The notes: generated by a model from the letters alone, not told the origin. Counted from the first letter of the stretch, positions 9,573 through 20,392 are shown. The stretch: DNA of 64,000 nucleotides from Sediminibacterium sp. (GCA_044353005.1 JBILCS010000001.1:4287-68286); one strand, 5' to 3'. Numbers and translations: made by a program.

Positions 9573-11651
9573 CTAATAAACCTCCATACGATTGTCTTTG
9601 ATCTTTGCTACTTTTTTCAATCCGATATTGGTTCTATAAATCACCGATCTTGTTCTGTTGATTAAATCCGCCTCAAAACTCGCAAGGTCTTGTGTAGCTG
9701 CTTTAGCACCTTGTGATTTAACACTAATGACAAAAACACCAGCATTGCCTGCAATTGGTGCACTTGGTTTGTTTAAAAATGCTTTATTAAATGCAGCTCC
9801 AACTAATTTTGGTTCATTACCAATACCAGGTATCATTGAATAATTAAAGTTGATGCTGTCTGCGGGTTGTATAATTGTTTTTGCGCTTGCCGCAATCTCT
9901 TCTATTGTGTTGCCCTTAAAATTTTGTTTTATTTGAATGGCTTTCTTTTGATCTCTTAAAAGACCTTCAATTTGTGGTTTAACAGAAGCAACTGATGCTA
10001 AACCAACTTTTTCTTCTCCTGTGATGATGGCTACAAAATAACTATCTCCCACTTCGGTTGGTTCTGAAACAGCATTTAAGTCTTTTTCAAAGGCCCAACG
10101 CACAAGCGATCTAGATTCACCAATGCCAGCAATTTCATAATCCATTGACTTTATGCCCGATGCCGGAAAAGTTTGTTTATTTAATTTAACCGCTTCTTGG
10201 TTGAATGATTTTACATCTTTACTCGCACTTGCAAAAGCAGCAGCAGCAGCAGATGCTACACCAATTGTTTCGCTACTTGGAAGAATTGCTTTTGATAAAT
10301 AAGCAATTTTATACGCAGGACTTTTTGGAGTTTGTTTTAATACTTCAATATAGTGGTATCCAAAATCGGTTTTAACAACACCCTTTGTACCAACAGAATT
10401 GTCAAAAGAAAAATCATTAAATGGTCCTACCATTTGTGCTTGTGGAAACATTTCATATTTTCCACCTTTTTCCTTACTTCCCGCGTCGTCTGAATATTTT
10501 AAAACCATTTCATCAAATGAAACGCCGCCAGCAATAGCAGATTTTATACTGTCTATTAATTTCTTAGCAGCACTATCGTCGCGTATAATTTGTCCATTTT
10601 GACCAGCGGTTGCGATTAGTATATGTCTTACGCTTGTGCTATCAGGCCACTGTTTAACACCAATCACTTTTGCGATGGTATAATTTTTTCCATCCACATA
10701 AGGACCATAAGCATTTCCTACTCCTGCAGCAATAATTGCTTCTTTATTTGGAACCTGTAAAGACTTTGTACTAATGTAACTATTGTAATAAGGTAAATCC
10801 GAGCCCGCTTTGTTTAAAAAAACAGCAGGATCTTGTGCTGCTTGAAAATCTGCTTTTAATGCAGAGATTGTATTAAAAACAGTAGTTGAGTCGGCACTTG
10901 TAGGAGCTGCAGAAAAACCAACAAAATTAATTGATTTAGTGGCTTCTTCCACTTGGTATGCTGCTGCGTTTTCTTTAATATATGTAGCAACCTCTTCGTC
11001 TGTAACTTTTATCGAGCTATCAGAAATACTTGCATAAGGAATACCTACAATATTAATATTTGCAATACTATTACTTTCATTATATTGTTTTTGAATCATC
11101 CAGGTTGGTACCTGTACTCCCTTCACCACCAACGCTTGATATTTATTTCTCAATCTATTCTCAATAGATGGTTCGATATACATCTTCTCGATTTGACTGA
11201 TTTGCTCTTGGTTTTTGCTTTTTTTAACTTGTGCAACCGCTTGTTTAGCGTCATTCACTTTAAACTCCCCTGTATTTGGATCTGTAAATTCCTGTCTAAA
11301 TGGAGATTCTGTTCCAAATAACACATCAGATAATTCTTTAGTACCAACTGTTATACCTAACTTTTTTTCTTCTGAAATAAACAAAACGCGGTCTACTTCT
11401 TGGTTCCATAAGAAACCTATTAATTGTTCACGCTTAACGCCCTGTGATGCATAATTTTGTACTTGAATATCTAATTTCTCTTCGAAATTGATTTTATTAA
11501 TACCTACTCCATTTACAGTTCCAAGTTCTGAAACCATAGTATTACCTTGTTTACCAATCCCGTCTTGTAAAACAAAAGCAACCAAAGCGATTACAATAAT
11601 TGTAAAGATGATCCAAGCACCTTTATCACGAATGTTCTGAATAATAGACAT
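9573..11651 (-). CDS. PpiD-like periplasmic chaperone / parvulin-type peptidyl-prolyl isomerase with SurA N-terminal domain
   Basis: N-terminal TM anchor; rotamase motifs VRHILI, YSDDAGSKEKGG, KTDFGYHYI. Confidence 0.88.
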   Translation of the reverse strand: MSIIQNIRDKGAWIIFTIIVIALVAFVLQDGIGKQGNTMVSELGTVNGVGINKINFEEKLDIQVQNYASQGVKREQLIGFLWNQEVDRVLFISEEKKLGITVGTKELSDVLFGTESPFRQEFTDPNTGEFKVNDAKQAVAQVKKSKNQEQISQIEKMYIEPSIENRLRNKYQALVVKGVQVPTWMIQKQYNESNSIANINIVGIPYASISDSSIKVTDEEVATYIKENAAAYQVEEATKSINFVGFSAAPTSADSTTVFNTISALKADFQAAQDPAVFLNKAGSDLPYYNSYISTKSLQVPNKEAIIAAGVGNAYGPYVDGKNYTIAKVIGVKQWPDSTSVRHILIATAGQNGQIIRDDSAAKKLIDSIKSAIAGGVSFDEMVLKYSDDAGSKEKGGKYEMFPQAQMVGPFNDFSFDNSVGTKGVVKTDFGYHYIEVLKQTPKSPAYKIAYLSKAILPSSETIGVASAAAAAFASASKDVKSFNQEAVKLNKQTFPASGIKSMDYEIAGIGESRSLVRWAFEKDLNAVSEPTEVGDSYFVAIITGEEKVGLASVASVKPQIEGLLRDQKKAIQIKQNFKGNTIEEIAASAKTIIQPADSINFNYSMIPGIGNEPKLVGAAFNKAFLNKPSAPIAGNAGVFVISVKSQGAKAATQDLASFEADLINRTRSVIYRTNIGLKKVAKIKDNRMEVY

Positions 11652-12404
11652 ATGTATCTTATAATTATATAGGCAGCAAATTTAGTATATTATATGAATG
11701 AAATTCATTTGAATCTAGATTTAAATACACAATAGACGAGTGGATAAATAAAAAAACGGTGGATAAGGGGCGTTTTTTAATAAATAAATGGGTATAAAAA
11801 AGGAATAAGGAGATTTGGATATATAAAAAAGTAGAATATTGGTTCCTTATTAGTCATTTTATACACGTTAATTAACAGTGTATAACCTGTGGTAATCTAA
11901 ATGACTTGAATATTTATATATAAAAAATACTAATAATAAGAGTAGTTTATCTTTTTACTGGTAATGGTGTTTAGATGATATAAAATTGCTAATTATAGCT
12001 GAATTGATTTCAAAAAGAGGTGTATAACTAAGTTATTAAGATATTAACAGTCATAATAGTATTAGTTGATTTATATAAATGTATTATTAAAGAATACTAC
12101 AGTAGTAATACACATTTACTATTTGAAAGATTATTTAAAAATAAACTACTTTTATTTGATCCTATGAAATACCTACCATATCAGCTAGATAAATACTTTA
12201 AAATCAAAAACAAATAAATACTAAATTTATTACTAATTTAAAAAATATTATAAATAATTAAAAATCAATGTTTTATATTAAATTTAAGATAGTTTATTAA
12301 AAATAACTAATCAAATTAGTAAAATAATACTAAATATTTTAGTTTATTAACAATTTATCCCTATCTTCACATTCAATTTAAATTAAAACATAAAACGACA
12401 AGCT
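11652..12404. other. Candidate chromosomal replication origin (oriC)
   Basis: 753-bp ORF-free, very AT-rich gap with at least 7 one-mismatch DnaA-box-like 9-mers (11739, 11758, 11789, 11859, 11877, 12019, 12106) and TAA/TAG triplet runs; parS sites about 4 kb away; flanking genes diverge. Confidence 0.7.
12306..12343. promoter_or_regulatory. Two tandem CTAA-N5-TTAG palindromes (putative Bacteroidota SOS/LexA-type boxes) in the recA promoter
   Basis: ACTAA-TCAAA-TTAGT (12306-12320) and ACTAA-ATATT-TTAGT (12329-12343); degenerate third copy at 12220-12234. Confidence 0.7.
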
Positions 12405-13418
12405 ATGAGTAACGCAGAAAAATTAAAAGCCCTAAAGTTAACTATCGATAAAATCGATAAGGATTATGGTAAAGGAAGTGTAATGATGATGAATGAGCGC
12501 AGTCAAGAGCCTCAGGAAGTTATTTCAACAGGATCTATAGGATTAGATACTGCGTTAGGAATAGGGGGACTACCAAAAGGTAGAATTATAGAAATATATG
12601 GACCAGAATCTTCTGGTAAAACCACCGTGGCAATCCATGTAATTGCAGAAGCGCAAAAAAAAGGTGGAATGTGTGCGATTATTGATGCAGAACATGCATT
12701 TGATAGTGCATATGCAAAAAGATTAGGCGTAGACGTGGATAATCTTTTAGTCTCACAACCAGATTATGGTGAACAAGCATTAGAAATAGCGGACCGCTTA
12801 ATTTTATCCGGTGCAATAGATGTCGTTGTAATTGATTCAGTTGCAGCACTAGTTCCAAAAAGTGAATTAGAAGGCGAAATGGGTGATTCAAAAATGGGAT
12901 TACATGCAAGATTAATGTCTCAAGCTTTGAGAAAATTAACAGCAACAATTAATAAAACTGGTACTGTTTGTATTTTCATCAATCAATTACGTGAAAAAAT
13001 TGGCGTCATGTTTGGTAATCCAGAAGTAACCACAGGTGGAAATGCTTTAAAGTTTTATGCCTCTGTTCGTTTAGATATTAGAAGAATGGCACAAATTAAA
13101 GACGGAGACGAAGCAATTGGAAATAGAGTAAAAGTAAAAGTGGTTAAAAATAAAGTAGCACCTCCGTTTAGGGCTGCAGAATTTGAAATTATTTTCGGAG
13201 AGGGAATTAGTAAAATTGGAGAAATAATTGATATGGGTGTTGAATTAGAAATAATCAACAAAAGCGGTAGCTGGTTTAGTTATGAAGGAAATAAATTAGG
13301 CCAGGGACGCGATTCGGTTAAAACAATTTTGCACGATAATCCAGAAATGGCGAATGAAATAGAAGCTAAAATTAGAGCTAAAATAGCAGCAAAAGTAGAA
13401 GCAGCTGCAGCACATTAG
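12405..13418 (+). CDS. recA: Recombinase RecA
   Basis: GPESSGKTT Walker [36 protein letters not shown]. Confidence 0.99.
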   Translation: MSNAEKLKALKLTIDKIDKDYGKGSVMMMNERSQEPQEVISTGSIGLDTALGIGGLPKGRIIEIYGPESSGKTTVAIHVIAEAQKKGGMCAIIDAEHAFDSAYAKRLGVDVDNLLVSQPDYGEQALEIADRLILSGAIDVVVIDSVAALVPKSELEGEMGDSKMGLHARLMSQALRKLTATINKTGTVCIFINQLREKIGVMFGNPEVTTGGNALKFYASVRLDIRRMAQIKDGDEAIGNRVKVKVVKNKVAPPFRAAEFEIIFGEGISKIGEIIDMGVELEIINKSGSWFSYEGNKLGQGRDSVKTILHDNPEMANEIEAKIRAKIAAKVEAAAAH

Positions 13419-13455
13419 TCTATATAAAAGTGTTTTTTAAGGTTAGTAGGTAATG

Positions 13456-13483
13456 ACCGCATCATTTGTGATGCGGTTTTTTT
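13456..13483 (+). terminator. recA terminator
   Basis: ACCGCATCA-TTTG-TGATGCGGT followed by T6. Confidence 0.85.
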
Positions 13484-13494
13484 ATATTTATAGG

Positions 13495-14370
13495 GTGGTG
13501 CAATTATTAAAAATATTAATTCAAGCAGGATTGTGGTTATTCTGTAATAAGATACACCTTAAAAACAAACAACTTTTTACAACAGGTGGACCATTATTAA
13601 TTATTGCCAACCACCCTAATTCTTTTTTAGATGCTTTAATTATAGGATCATATTATAAGCGAAGGGTATATTTTTTAGCTAGAGGAGATGCGTTTAAAAA
13701 ACCAATACACCGATTTTTACTAGAATCATTAAATATGATTCCTGTTTATAGATTAAGAGAGGGAAAGGCGTTTTTACATTTAAATGATTATGCATTTACA
13801 AAATCTATTGAGCTATTAAACAAGGGTTATGCGGTACTTATTTTTATAGAAGGTATTTGTATTAATAGCAACGAATTACAACCGTTTAAAAAAGGAACAG
13901 CAAGAATTTTAGAAGGAATTCAAAAATTAAACACCTACCCTAAGATTCATATAGCCGGAATAGCATTTAATCAATTTAGGGGAATTGGCAAAATAGTCAA
14001 TCTAGTGGTTTCAGAGATGCATGATATTCCACATATTCAAAACAGTAGAGACCGCGTTCTATTTAATCAATTGGTTTTTGATCAACTAAAACAAAACATT
14101 TTAACTCCTACAACCCCAACAAAATTTAATAAAAACCATTTGTTTTATAAAATACACCTACCATTTTACAACCTAATAAAAAACTTTGTGGCAGAAAAAA
14201 CAAAAAACACCGTATTTTTTGATTCAGTTTTGTTTTCTGTGCTACTTTTTACATATCCTGTTTTTATCATCTCCTTATTTTTTATGCTTAAGTTATTTCA
14301 GATCCCAACCACCATTATTTTAGTTATCTTGGTAGCACTTCCAATTATGGGAAAAAGGGTACAAGAATAA
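13495..14370 (+). CDS. PlsC-family (1-acyl-sn-glycerol-3-phosphate) acyltransferase
   Basis: NHPNSFLD and FIEG motifs; the ORF-track start overlaps the recA terminator, so start moved to GTG 13495. Confidence 0.82.
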   Translation: MVQLLKILIQAGLWLFCNKIHLKNKQLFTTGGPLLIIANHPNSFLDALIIGSYYKRRVYFLARGDAFKKPIHRFLLESLNMIPVYRLREGKAFLHLNDYAFTKSIELLNKGYAVLIFIEGICINSNELQPFKKGTARILEGIQKLNTYPKIHIAGIAFNQFRGIGKIVNLVVSEMHDIPHIQNSRDRVLFNQLVFDQLKQNILTPTTPTKFNKNHLFYKIHLPFYNLIKNFVAEKTKNTVFFDSVLFSVLLFTYPVFIISLFFMLKLFQIPTTIILVILVALPIMGKRVQE

Positions 14371-14387
14371 TGATTTAAATTTTTACA

Positions 14388-14840
14388 ATGAAAGCCATCC
14401 GAAAACTAGAAAAAAGAAAAAAAATTGCACTAATTGCCCATGATAATAAAAAAAAGGATATCATTGAATGGGCGGTGCACAATAAAATAGTGTTGTCTAA
14501 ACATAGTTTAATTGCAACAGGAACAACAGGTAGATTAATCGAAGAAGCATTAGATCAGCCTGTGGTTAAACTATTAAGCGGACCCCTGGGTGGTGACCAA
14601 CAAATTGGCGCTATGATTGCAACAGGCGAGATTGATATGATCTTTTTCTTTTTTGATCCCATGGAAGCACAACCACATGATAGTGATATAAAAGCTTTAT
14701 TAAGGCTTGCAGTAGCATGGAACCTTCCAATGGCATGCGACAGAACAACAGCAGACTTTTTGGTGACATCACCTTTTATGCAAGGGGAATACCAATATGA
14801 ACTTCCTAATTATGTGAATTATTTAAATAGAAAAGTTTAA
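14388..14840 (+). CDS. mgsA: Methylglyoxal synthase
   Basis: IALIAHD, ATGTTG, SGPLGGDQQIG, PHDSDIKAL. Confidence 0.96.
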   Translation: MKAIRKLEKRKKIALIAHDNKKKDIIEWAVHNKIVLSKHSLIATGTTGRLIEEALDQPVVKLLSGPLGGDQQIGAMIATGEIDMIFFFFDPMEAQPHDSDIKALLRLAVAWNLPMACDRTTADFLVTSPFMQGEYQYELPNYVNYLNRKV

Positions 14841-14848
14841 ATCAACTT

Positions 14849-17083
14849 ATGTATCAAACTAATAAAAAAACAATTATGAAAAACCTAAATAAAATAGGGT
14901 TGTTTTGCGCAATCATGTTGAACCTAAGCATGAATGGTATAGCACAACAATTTACAGGATTTAAAAACGCAGAGGCTCAGAAAAAATTGGAAGCGAGTTT
15001 TGATAGTCAATTAAGCGCAAAACGAATTGGCGAAAATATTAAACGAATGTCTTCTGTGCCACACCATATTGGTTCTGTTGGCGGAAAGTTTGTTGCCGAT
15101 GATATTGCTACACAATTTAAAGCCGCAGGATGGGATACAAAAATTGTGACCTATCAAGTCTTATTTCCAACACCCATTATGCGCGTATTAGAAATGAAAG
15201 GCGCAACTAATTTTAAGGCCTTATTAAAAGAACCCGCTTTAAAAGAAGATGCCACATCTGGACAAGCAGATCAACTACCAACTTATAATTGTTGGAGTGC
15301 AGATGGTGATGTCAATGCTGAGTTGGTTTTTGTGAACTATGGTTTACCAGAAGATTATGAAACGCTTGCAAAATATGGCATCGATGTAAAAGGAAAAATT
15401 GTAATTGCAAAATATGGTAGAAGCTGGAGAGGCATTAAACCAAAAGTTGCACAAGAACATGGAGCCATTGGTTGTTTAATTTATTCTGATCCACAAGACG
15501 ATGGTTATGGAGCAGGTGATGTTTATCCAGCAGGACCGTTTAAAAATAAATATGGTGTTCAAAGAGGCTCTATTATGGATATGGTTATTTATCCTGGAGA
15601 TCCGAGTACACCCAACTATGCTTCTGTTGAAGGGGCCCTAAGGGTTGACCACAACGATGCAGAGAATTTGTTGAAAATCCCTGTTCTTCCAATTAGTTAT
15701 AGCGATGCCGCGCCTTTATTACAAGACATGGCCGGTCCTGTAGCACCAAAATCTTGGAGAGGCGGCCTGCCTTTTACCTATCATATAGGTCCAAGTAAAT
15801 CTAAAGTGCATTTAAAATTGGATTTTGATTGGAAATTACGCCCCGCATACAACGTCATTGCAATGATACAGGGTAGCCAATATCCAGACCAGTGGGTGAT
15901 TAGAGGAAATCACCACGATGCTTGGGTAAATGGCGCAAACGACCCCGTTAGTGGCATGGCCGCTGAACTAGAAGAGGCTTACGCAATTGGGTCCATGGTA
16001 AAATCAGGATGGAAACCAAAAAGAACCCTTGTGTATTGTGCATGGGATGCAGAAGAACAAGGATTAATGGGTTCTGTAGAGTGGGTCGAAGAACATGCAG
16101 CTTCTTTACAAGCCAAAGCAGTAGCTTATATTAATTCAGATGGAAATGGTAGGGGCTTCTTAGGTGCCGAAGGCTCTCATGCTTTTACGGGATTAATGAC
16201 TGACATTAGTAAATCCATCCAAGACCCTCAAACAGGCGTCACTATTTTTGAAAGACAAAAAGCTAATAGAGCAACAGAAGCAACCACCACTGCGGCCAAA
16301 AAAGAAATCTTAAATAGCACCAGTTATCCACTAGGTGCTATGGGATCGGGGTCTGATTATTCTTCCTTCATTCAACACGTAGGTGTTCCTTCTTTAAATA
16401 TTGGATTTGGTGGAGAAAACGAAGGTGGAGAATACCACTCTATTTATGATTCCTATGATCACTATTCAAAATACAAAGACCCTGGTTTTGCTTATGGTGT
16501 CACACTTGCACAAACAGCAGGTCGAGCAGCATTAAGGTTATCCGAGGCAGACGCTTTACCATTTGATTTTACAGCCTTACATAAAACAGTGAAAGGGTAC
16601 ATTGCCGAGTTAATGAATAATGTAGATCAAATGCGCGAAAAAGCAAAAGTGGAAAACGAATTAATCAACACAAAAGCATATGCCGTAGCGGCAGATCCTA
16701 CAGAGGGACTAAAATTACCAACAACGGTTGAAGATATTCCTTATGTTGATTTTGCATCTATATTAAATGCATTAACGCGTTTAGAAAAATCAGCAGAACA
16801 GGTAGAGCAAATAAAAGTAAATGCGGATGCACAAAAACTTGCTACAATCAATGCAAAAATTTATGCAGCAGAACAAACCTTATTAATGACAAAGGGCTTG
16901 CCGCGTAGACCATGGTACAAACATAGTTTATACGCACCAGGCTTTTATACTGGTTATGGGGTTAAAACAATACCAGGTGTTCGTGAAGCAATTGAACAAA
17001 AAAATTGGTCTGAAACAAGGACTCAAATTGAAGAAGTAGCCGCAGCAATCAACAGGTTGGCTTCTTATTTAGAAACACTTTAA
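14849..17083 (+). CDS. M28 family glutamate carboxypeptidase II-like peptidase (PA and TfR dimer domains); start may be 14876
   Basis: GNHHDAW, WDAEEQGL, GSGSDY, YHSIYD, RPWYKH. Confidence 0.9.
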   Translation: MYQTNKKTIMKNLNKIGLFCAIMLNLSMNGIAQQFTGFKNAEAQKKLEASFDSQLSAKRIGENIKRMSSVPHHIGSVGGKFVADDIATQFKAAGWDTKIVTYQVLFPTPIMRVLEMKGATNFKALLKEPALKEDATSGQADQLPTYNCWSADGDVNAELVFVNYGLPEDYETLAKYGIDVKGKIVIAKYGRSWRGIKPKVAQEHGAIGCLIYSDPQDDGYGAGDVYPAGPFKNKYGVQRGSIMDMVIYPGDPSTPNYASVEGALRVDHNDAENLLKIPVLPISYSDAAPLLQDMAGPVAPKSWRGGLPFTYHIGPSKSKVHLKLDFDWKLRPAYNVIAMIQGSQYPDQWVIRGNHHDAWVNGANDPVSGMAAELEEAYAIGSMVKSGWKPKRTLVYCAWDAEEQGLMGSVEWVEEHAASLQAKAVAYINSDGNGRGFLGAEGSHAFTGLMTDISKSIQDPQTGVTIFERQKANRATEATTTAAKKEILNSTSYPLGAMGSGSDYSSFIQHVGVPSLNIGFGGENEGGEYHSIYDSYDHYSKYKDPGFAYGVTLAQTAGRAALRLSEADALPFDFTALHKTVKGYIAELMNNVDQMREKAKVENELINTKAYAVAADPTEGLKLPTTVEDIPYVDFASILNALTRLEKSAEQVEQIKVNADAQKLATINAKIYAAEQTLLMTKGLPRRPWYKHSLYAPGFYTGYGVKTIPGVREAIEQKNWSETRTQIEEVAAAINRLASYLETL

Positions 17084-17129
17084 ACTGTTTTTAACGAAAC
17101 TTATTTAAGGTTTGCGCTTACCTTTGTGC

Positions 17130-19166
17130 ATGCCTTTTAAACTTCATTCCAACTATACACCCTCGGGCGATCAGCCAACTGCAATTGCACAATTGACCGA
17201 GGGTGTGCAGAATGGAGACATGCAACAAACACTCTTAGGCGTGACAGGTTCTGGTAAAACTTTTACCATTGCTAACTTAATTCAAAACGTACAACGCCCC
17301 ACGCTAGTCCTTACCCACAACAAAACATTGGTTGCTCAATTGTATGGAGAGTTTAAACAATTCTTTCCTGATAATGCAGTAGGTTATTTTGTGTCTTATT
17401 ATGATTACTATCAACCAGAAGCCTATCTGCCCACATCGGGCGTCTATATCGAAAAAGATTTAAGCATTAATGAAGAACTTGATAAGCTAAGGCTTCAAGC
17501 AACTGCACAATTACTAAGTGGCCGAAGAGATATCATTATTGTGGCGAGTGTGAGTTGTATTTATGGTATGGGTAATCCAACAGAATACGAAAATGGCATC
17601 ATTCGAATTCATCAAGGACAGATTTTATCCCGTCAAGCATTTTTACACGCGCTTGTGAATAGTTTGTACCACCGATCTGTGACCGAATTTGATCGTGGTG
17701 CTTTTAGGGTGAATGGAGACACAATCGATATTCGACTGCCTTATGTAGACTATGGGTACCGCATTACTTTTTTTGGCGACGAAATTGAAGCTATTGAAAG
17801 TATAGAAATTGAAACAGGAAAAAGAATTGAGCCCATGGAGAACGCAGCCATCTTTCCTGCAAATTTATACATGGCACCAAAAGAAATGCTACAAGAAATC
17901 ATTATTGAAATTCAGGACGAGTTGCGTGCACAAGTAGAGTATTTTAAAAATGTGGGAAAACACCAAGAAGCTGCAAGAATAAAAGAAAGAGTTGAATACG
18001 ATATAGAGATGATTAGAGAATTGGGTTATTGTACGGGGATCGAAAATTATTCTAGATTTTTTGACCGACGAAAGCCAGGCACAAGGCCATTCTGCTTATT
18101 GGATTATTTTCCAAAAGACTTTTTATGTGTGATTGATGAAAGCCATGTAACCATACCACAAATAACAGGGATGTATGGTGGAGATAGAAGCAGAAAAATG
18201 AATTTAGTTGAATTTGGTTTTAGACTTCCAAGCGCGATTGACAATAGGCCACTTAATTTTAATGAGTTTGAGCGGGTGATTGGACAAACTATTTTTGTGA
18301 GTGCTACACCGGGTGAATATGAACTAGAAAAAACAGATGGATTAATTGTAGAGCAGGTGGTACGTCCAACTGGTTTATTGGATCCACCAATCGAAGTGCG
18401 CCCAACTAAAAATCAGATTGATGATTTATTAGATGAAATAGCGATGCAGGTAGATATGGGCGATCGTGTGTTGGTGACCACTTTAACTAAAAAGATGGCC
18501 GAGGAGATGGATCGCTATCTATCCAAAATCAACATTAAATCTAAATATATCCATAGCGATATAGATGCATTAGAGCGTGTGGAAATATTGAGAGAATTAA
18601 GACTTGGGGTGATTGATGTATTAGTGGGCGTGAATTTATTAAGAGAGGGCTTGGATTTACCAGAAGTTTCATTGGTAGTGGTGCTGGACGCAGATAAAGA
18701 AGGATTTTTAAGAAATGAAAAATCATTAACCCAAACATCTGGTCGTGCCGCAAGAAATGTGCGTGGTCGTGTTATATTTTATGGCGACAAAATTACAATG
18801 AGCATGCAACGCACCATGGATGAAACCGATCGACGAAGAGCAAAACAAATTCAATACAATATTGAACACAATATTACACCAACCACTATTATAAAGTCAA
18901 TAGAACAGGTGATGAAGCAAACGGCGGTATTGGATATTAAAGGATTTACTCAAAACAATATCAACATTCGAACCACAGATGAATTAAATATGGTAGCAGA
19001 ACCAAATAGTCAATACGAAACTATTCCACAAATGGAGAAAGCGATTTTGCAAACAAAAAAGCAAATGGAAAAAATGGCGAAGGCAATGGACTTTATGGAA
19101 GCTGCAAAACTGCGTGACGAAATGTTCAGAATGGAATTACAATTAGAAAAAATGAAAGCATCCTAG
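17130..19166 (+). CDS. uvrB: Excinuclease ABC subunit B
   Basis: GVTGSGKT, YYDYYQPEAY beta-hairpin, DESH, LREGLDLPEV; start moved to ATG 17130. Confidence 0.98.
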   Translation: MPFKLHSNYTPSGDQPTAIAQLTEGVQNGDMQQTLLGVTGSGKTFTIANLIQNVQRPTLVLTHNKTLVAQLYGEFKQFFPDNAVGYFVSYYDYYQPEAYLPTSGVYIEKDLSINEELDKLRLQATAQLLSGRRDIIIVASVSCIYGMGNPTEYENGIIRIHQGQILSRQAFLHALVNSLYHRSVTEFDRGAFRVNGDTIDIRLPYVDYGYRITFFGDEIEAIESIEIETGKRIEPMENAAIFPANLYMAPKEMLQEIIIEIQDELRAQVEYFKNVGKHQEAARIKERVEYDIEMIRELGYCTGIENYSRFFDRRKPGTRPFCLLDYFPKDFLCVIDESHVTIPQITGMYGGDRSRKMNLVEFGFRLPSAIDNRPLNFNEFERVIGQTIFVSATPGEYELEKTDGLIVEQVVRPTGLLDPPIEVRPTKNQIDDLLDEIAMQVDMGDRVLVTTLTKKMAEEMDRYLSKINIKSKYIHSDIDALERVEILRELRLGVIDVLVGVNLLREGLDLPEVSLVVVLDADKEGFLRNEKSLTQTSGRAARNVRGRVIFYGDKITMSMQRTMDETDRRRAKQIQYNIEHNITPTTIIKSIEQVMKQTAVLDIKGFTQNNINIRTTDELNMVAEPNSQYETIPQMEKAILQTKKQMEKMAKAMDFMEAAKLRDEMFRMELQLEKMKAS

Positions 19167-19169
19167 TTT

Positions 19170-19808
19170 ATGAATGATTTTTTTATAGCAGTTTACAATG
19201 GGTTACTTCAAACAACATGGCTAGAAGCGGTGGCGGTGATCATGGGTATTGTTTCGGTTTGGTATAGCCGCAAAGAAAATATTTTAGTTTTTCCGACCGG
19301 TATCATTAACACAAGCCTATTTATTTATCTAAGTTTTAAAGGACATTTATTAGGAGAGGCAAGTGTGAATTTATATTATACCATCATGAGCATCTATGGC
19401 TGGTATTGGTGGTCAAGAAAAAAAGAAGATCAGATCACCAATGCATTACAGATCACCATTAGCAATACCACACAAAGACTCCAACAGGTTTTTGTTTTTA
19501 TAGGATTTTATGCCATCTTGTTTTTTGTACTAGAGTTTTTAAAGAATAATTTTGCGCCAGATGCAATTCCATGGGCAGACGCATTAGCAAGTGCATCTGC
19601 TTATACAGCAATGTGGTTGATGGCAAAGAAAAAAGTGGAAAGCTGGATCTGGTGGATTATTACGAATATTACATCGATACCACTTTATTTTATCAAGGGA
19701 TATGCGTTTACAAGTTTTCAATTTATAGTTTTATTAATTTTAGCAATAGCAGGTTTAATTACTTGGAATAAAAAAGCGAAACACGAACTTGCAAAAGCAA
19801 GTAATTAA
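19170..19808 (+). CDS. pnuC: Nicotinamide riboside transporter PnuC
   Basis: Multi-TM protein with YGWYWW, PWADA, KKVESWIWW motifs; adjacent NadR-like kinase. Confidence 0.88.
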   Translation: MNDFFIAVYNGLLQTTWLEAVAVIMGIVSVWYSRKENILVFPTGIINTSLFIYLSFKGHLLGEASVNLYYTIMSIYGWYWWSRKKEDQITNALQITISNTTQRLQQVFVFIGFYAILFFVLEFLKNNFAPDAIPWADALASASAYTAMWLMAKKKVESWIWWIITNITSIPLYFIKGYAFTSFQFIVLLILAIAGLITWNKKAKHELAKASN

Positions 19809-19822
19809 TAAATCATTAAGCA

Positions 19823-20392
19823 ATGAAACCAATTCAAAAAATAGTTGTACTAGGTCCAGAGTCAACAGGCAAGTCCACACTTTGTGCAGCACTCGCGGCG
19901 CACTATCAAACTATTTGGACACCCGAATATGCAAGACAGTATTTAGCTGAACATGGAACTAAGTATACCTATGATGATTTATTAATCATTGCAAAGGGCC
20001 AAATAAAAAATGAAGAAAAATCAATTGCATTATTAGATCACAAAAACGAAGATAATCAAGCTGAGGCAAGCACAAATAAATTAATTGTGGACACAGATAT
20101 GTATGTGATGAAAGTATGGTGTGAATATGTTTTTAATAATTGTCATCACTATATTTTAGAACAAATCAATCAACGAAATTATGATTTATACTTACTCTGT
20201 GATATAGACCTACCATGGGCTGCAGACGAAATGCGTGAATATCCAGATGCCGCTCCTAGACTCGAACTATTTACCCTCTACAAAGAACTTTTGATCAATC
20301 AAAAAACACCATGGGGGATTGTGTCTGGATCGGGTGACCAACGCACAGCAAATGCCATTCAACTGATCAACCAAAAGCTAGCTAAAACTTAA
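19823..20392 (+). CDS. NadR-like ribosylnicotinamide kinase domain (AAA_28)
   Basis: GPESTGKST, PEYAR, DTD, DLPW motifs. Confidence 0.85.
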   Translation: MKPIQKIVVLGPESTGKSTLCAALAAHYQTIWTPEYARQYLAEHGTKYTYDDLLIIAKGQIKNEEKSIALLDHKNEDNQAEASTNKLIVDTDMYVMKVWCEYVFNNCHHYILEQINQRNYDLYLLCDIDLPWAADEMREYPDAAPRLELFTLYKELLINQKTPWGIVSGSGDQRTANAIQLINQKLAKT

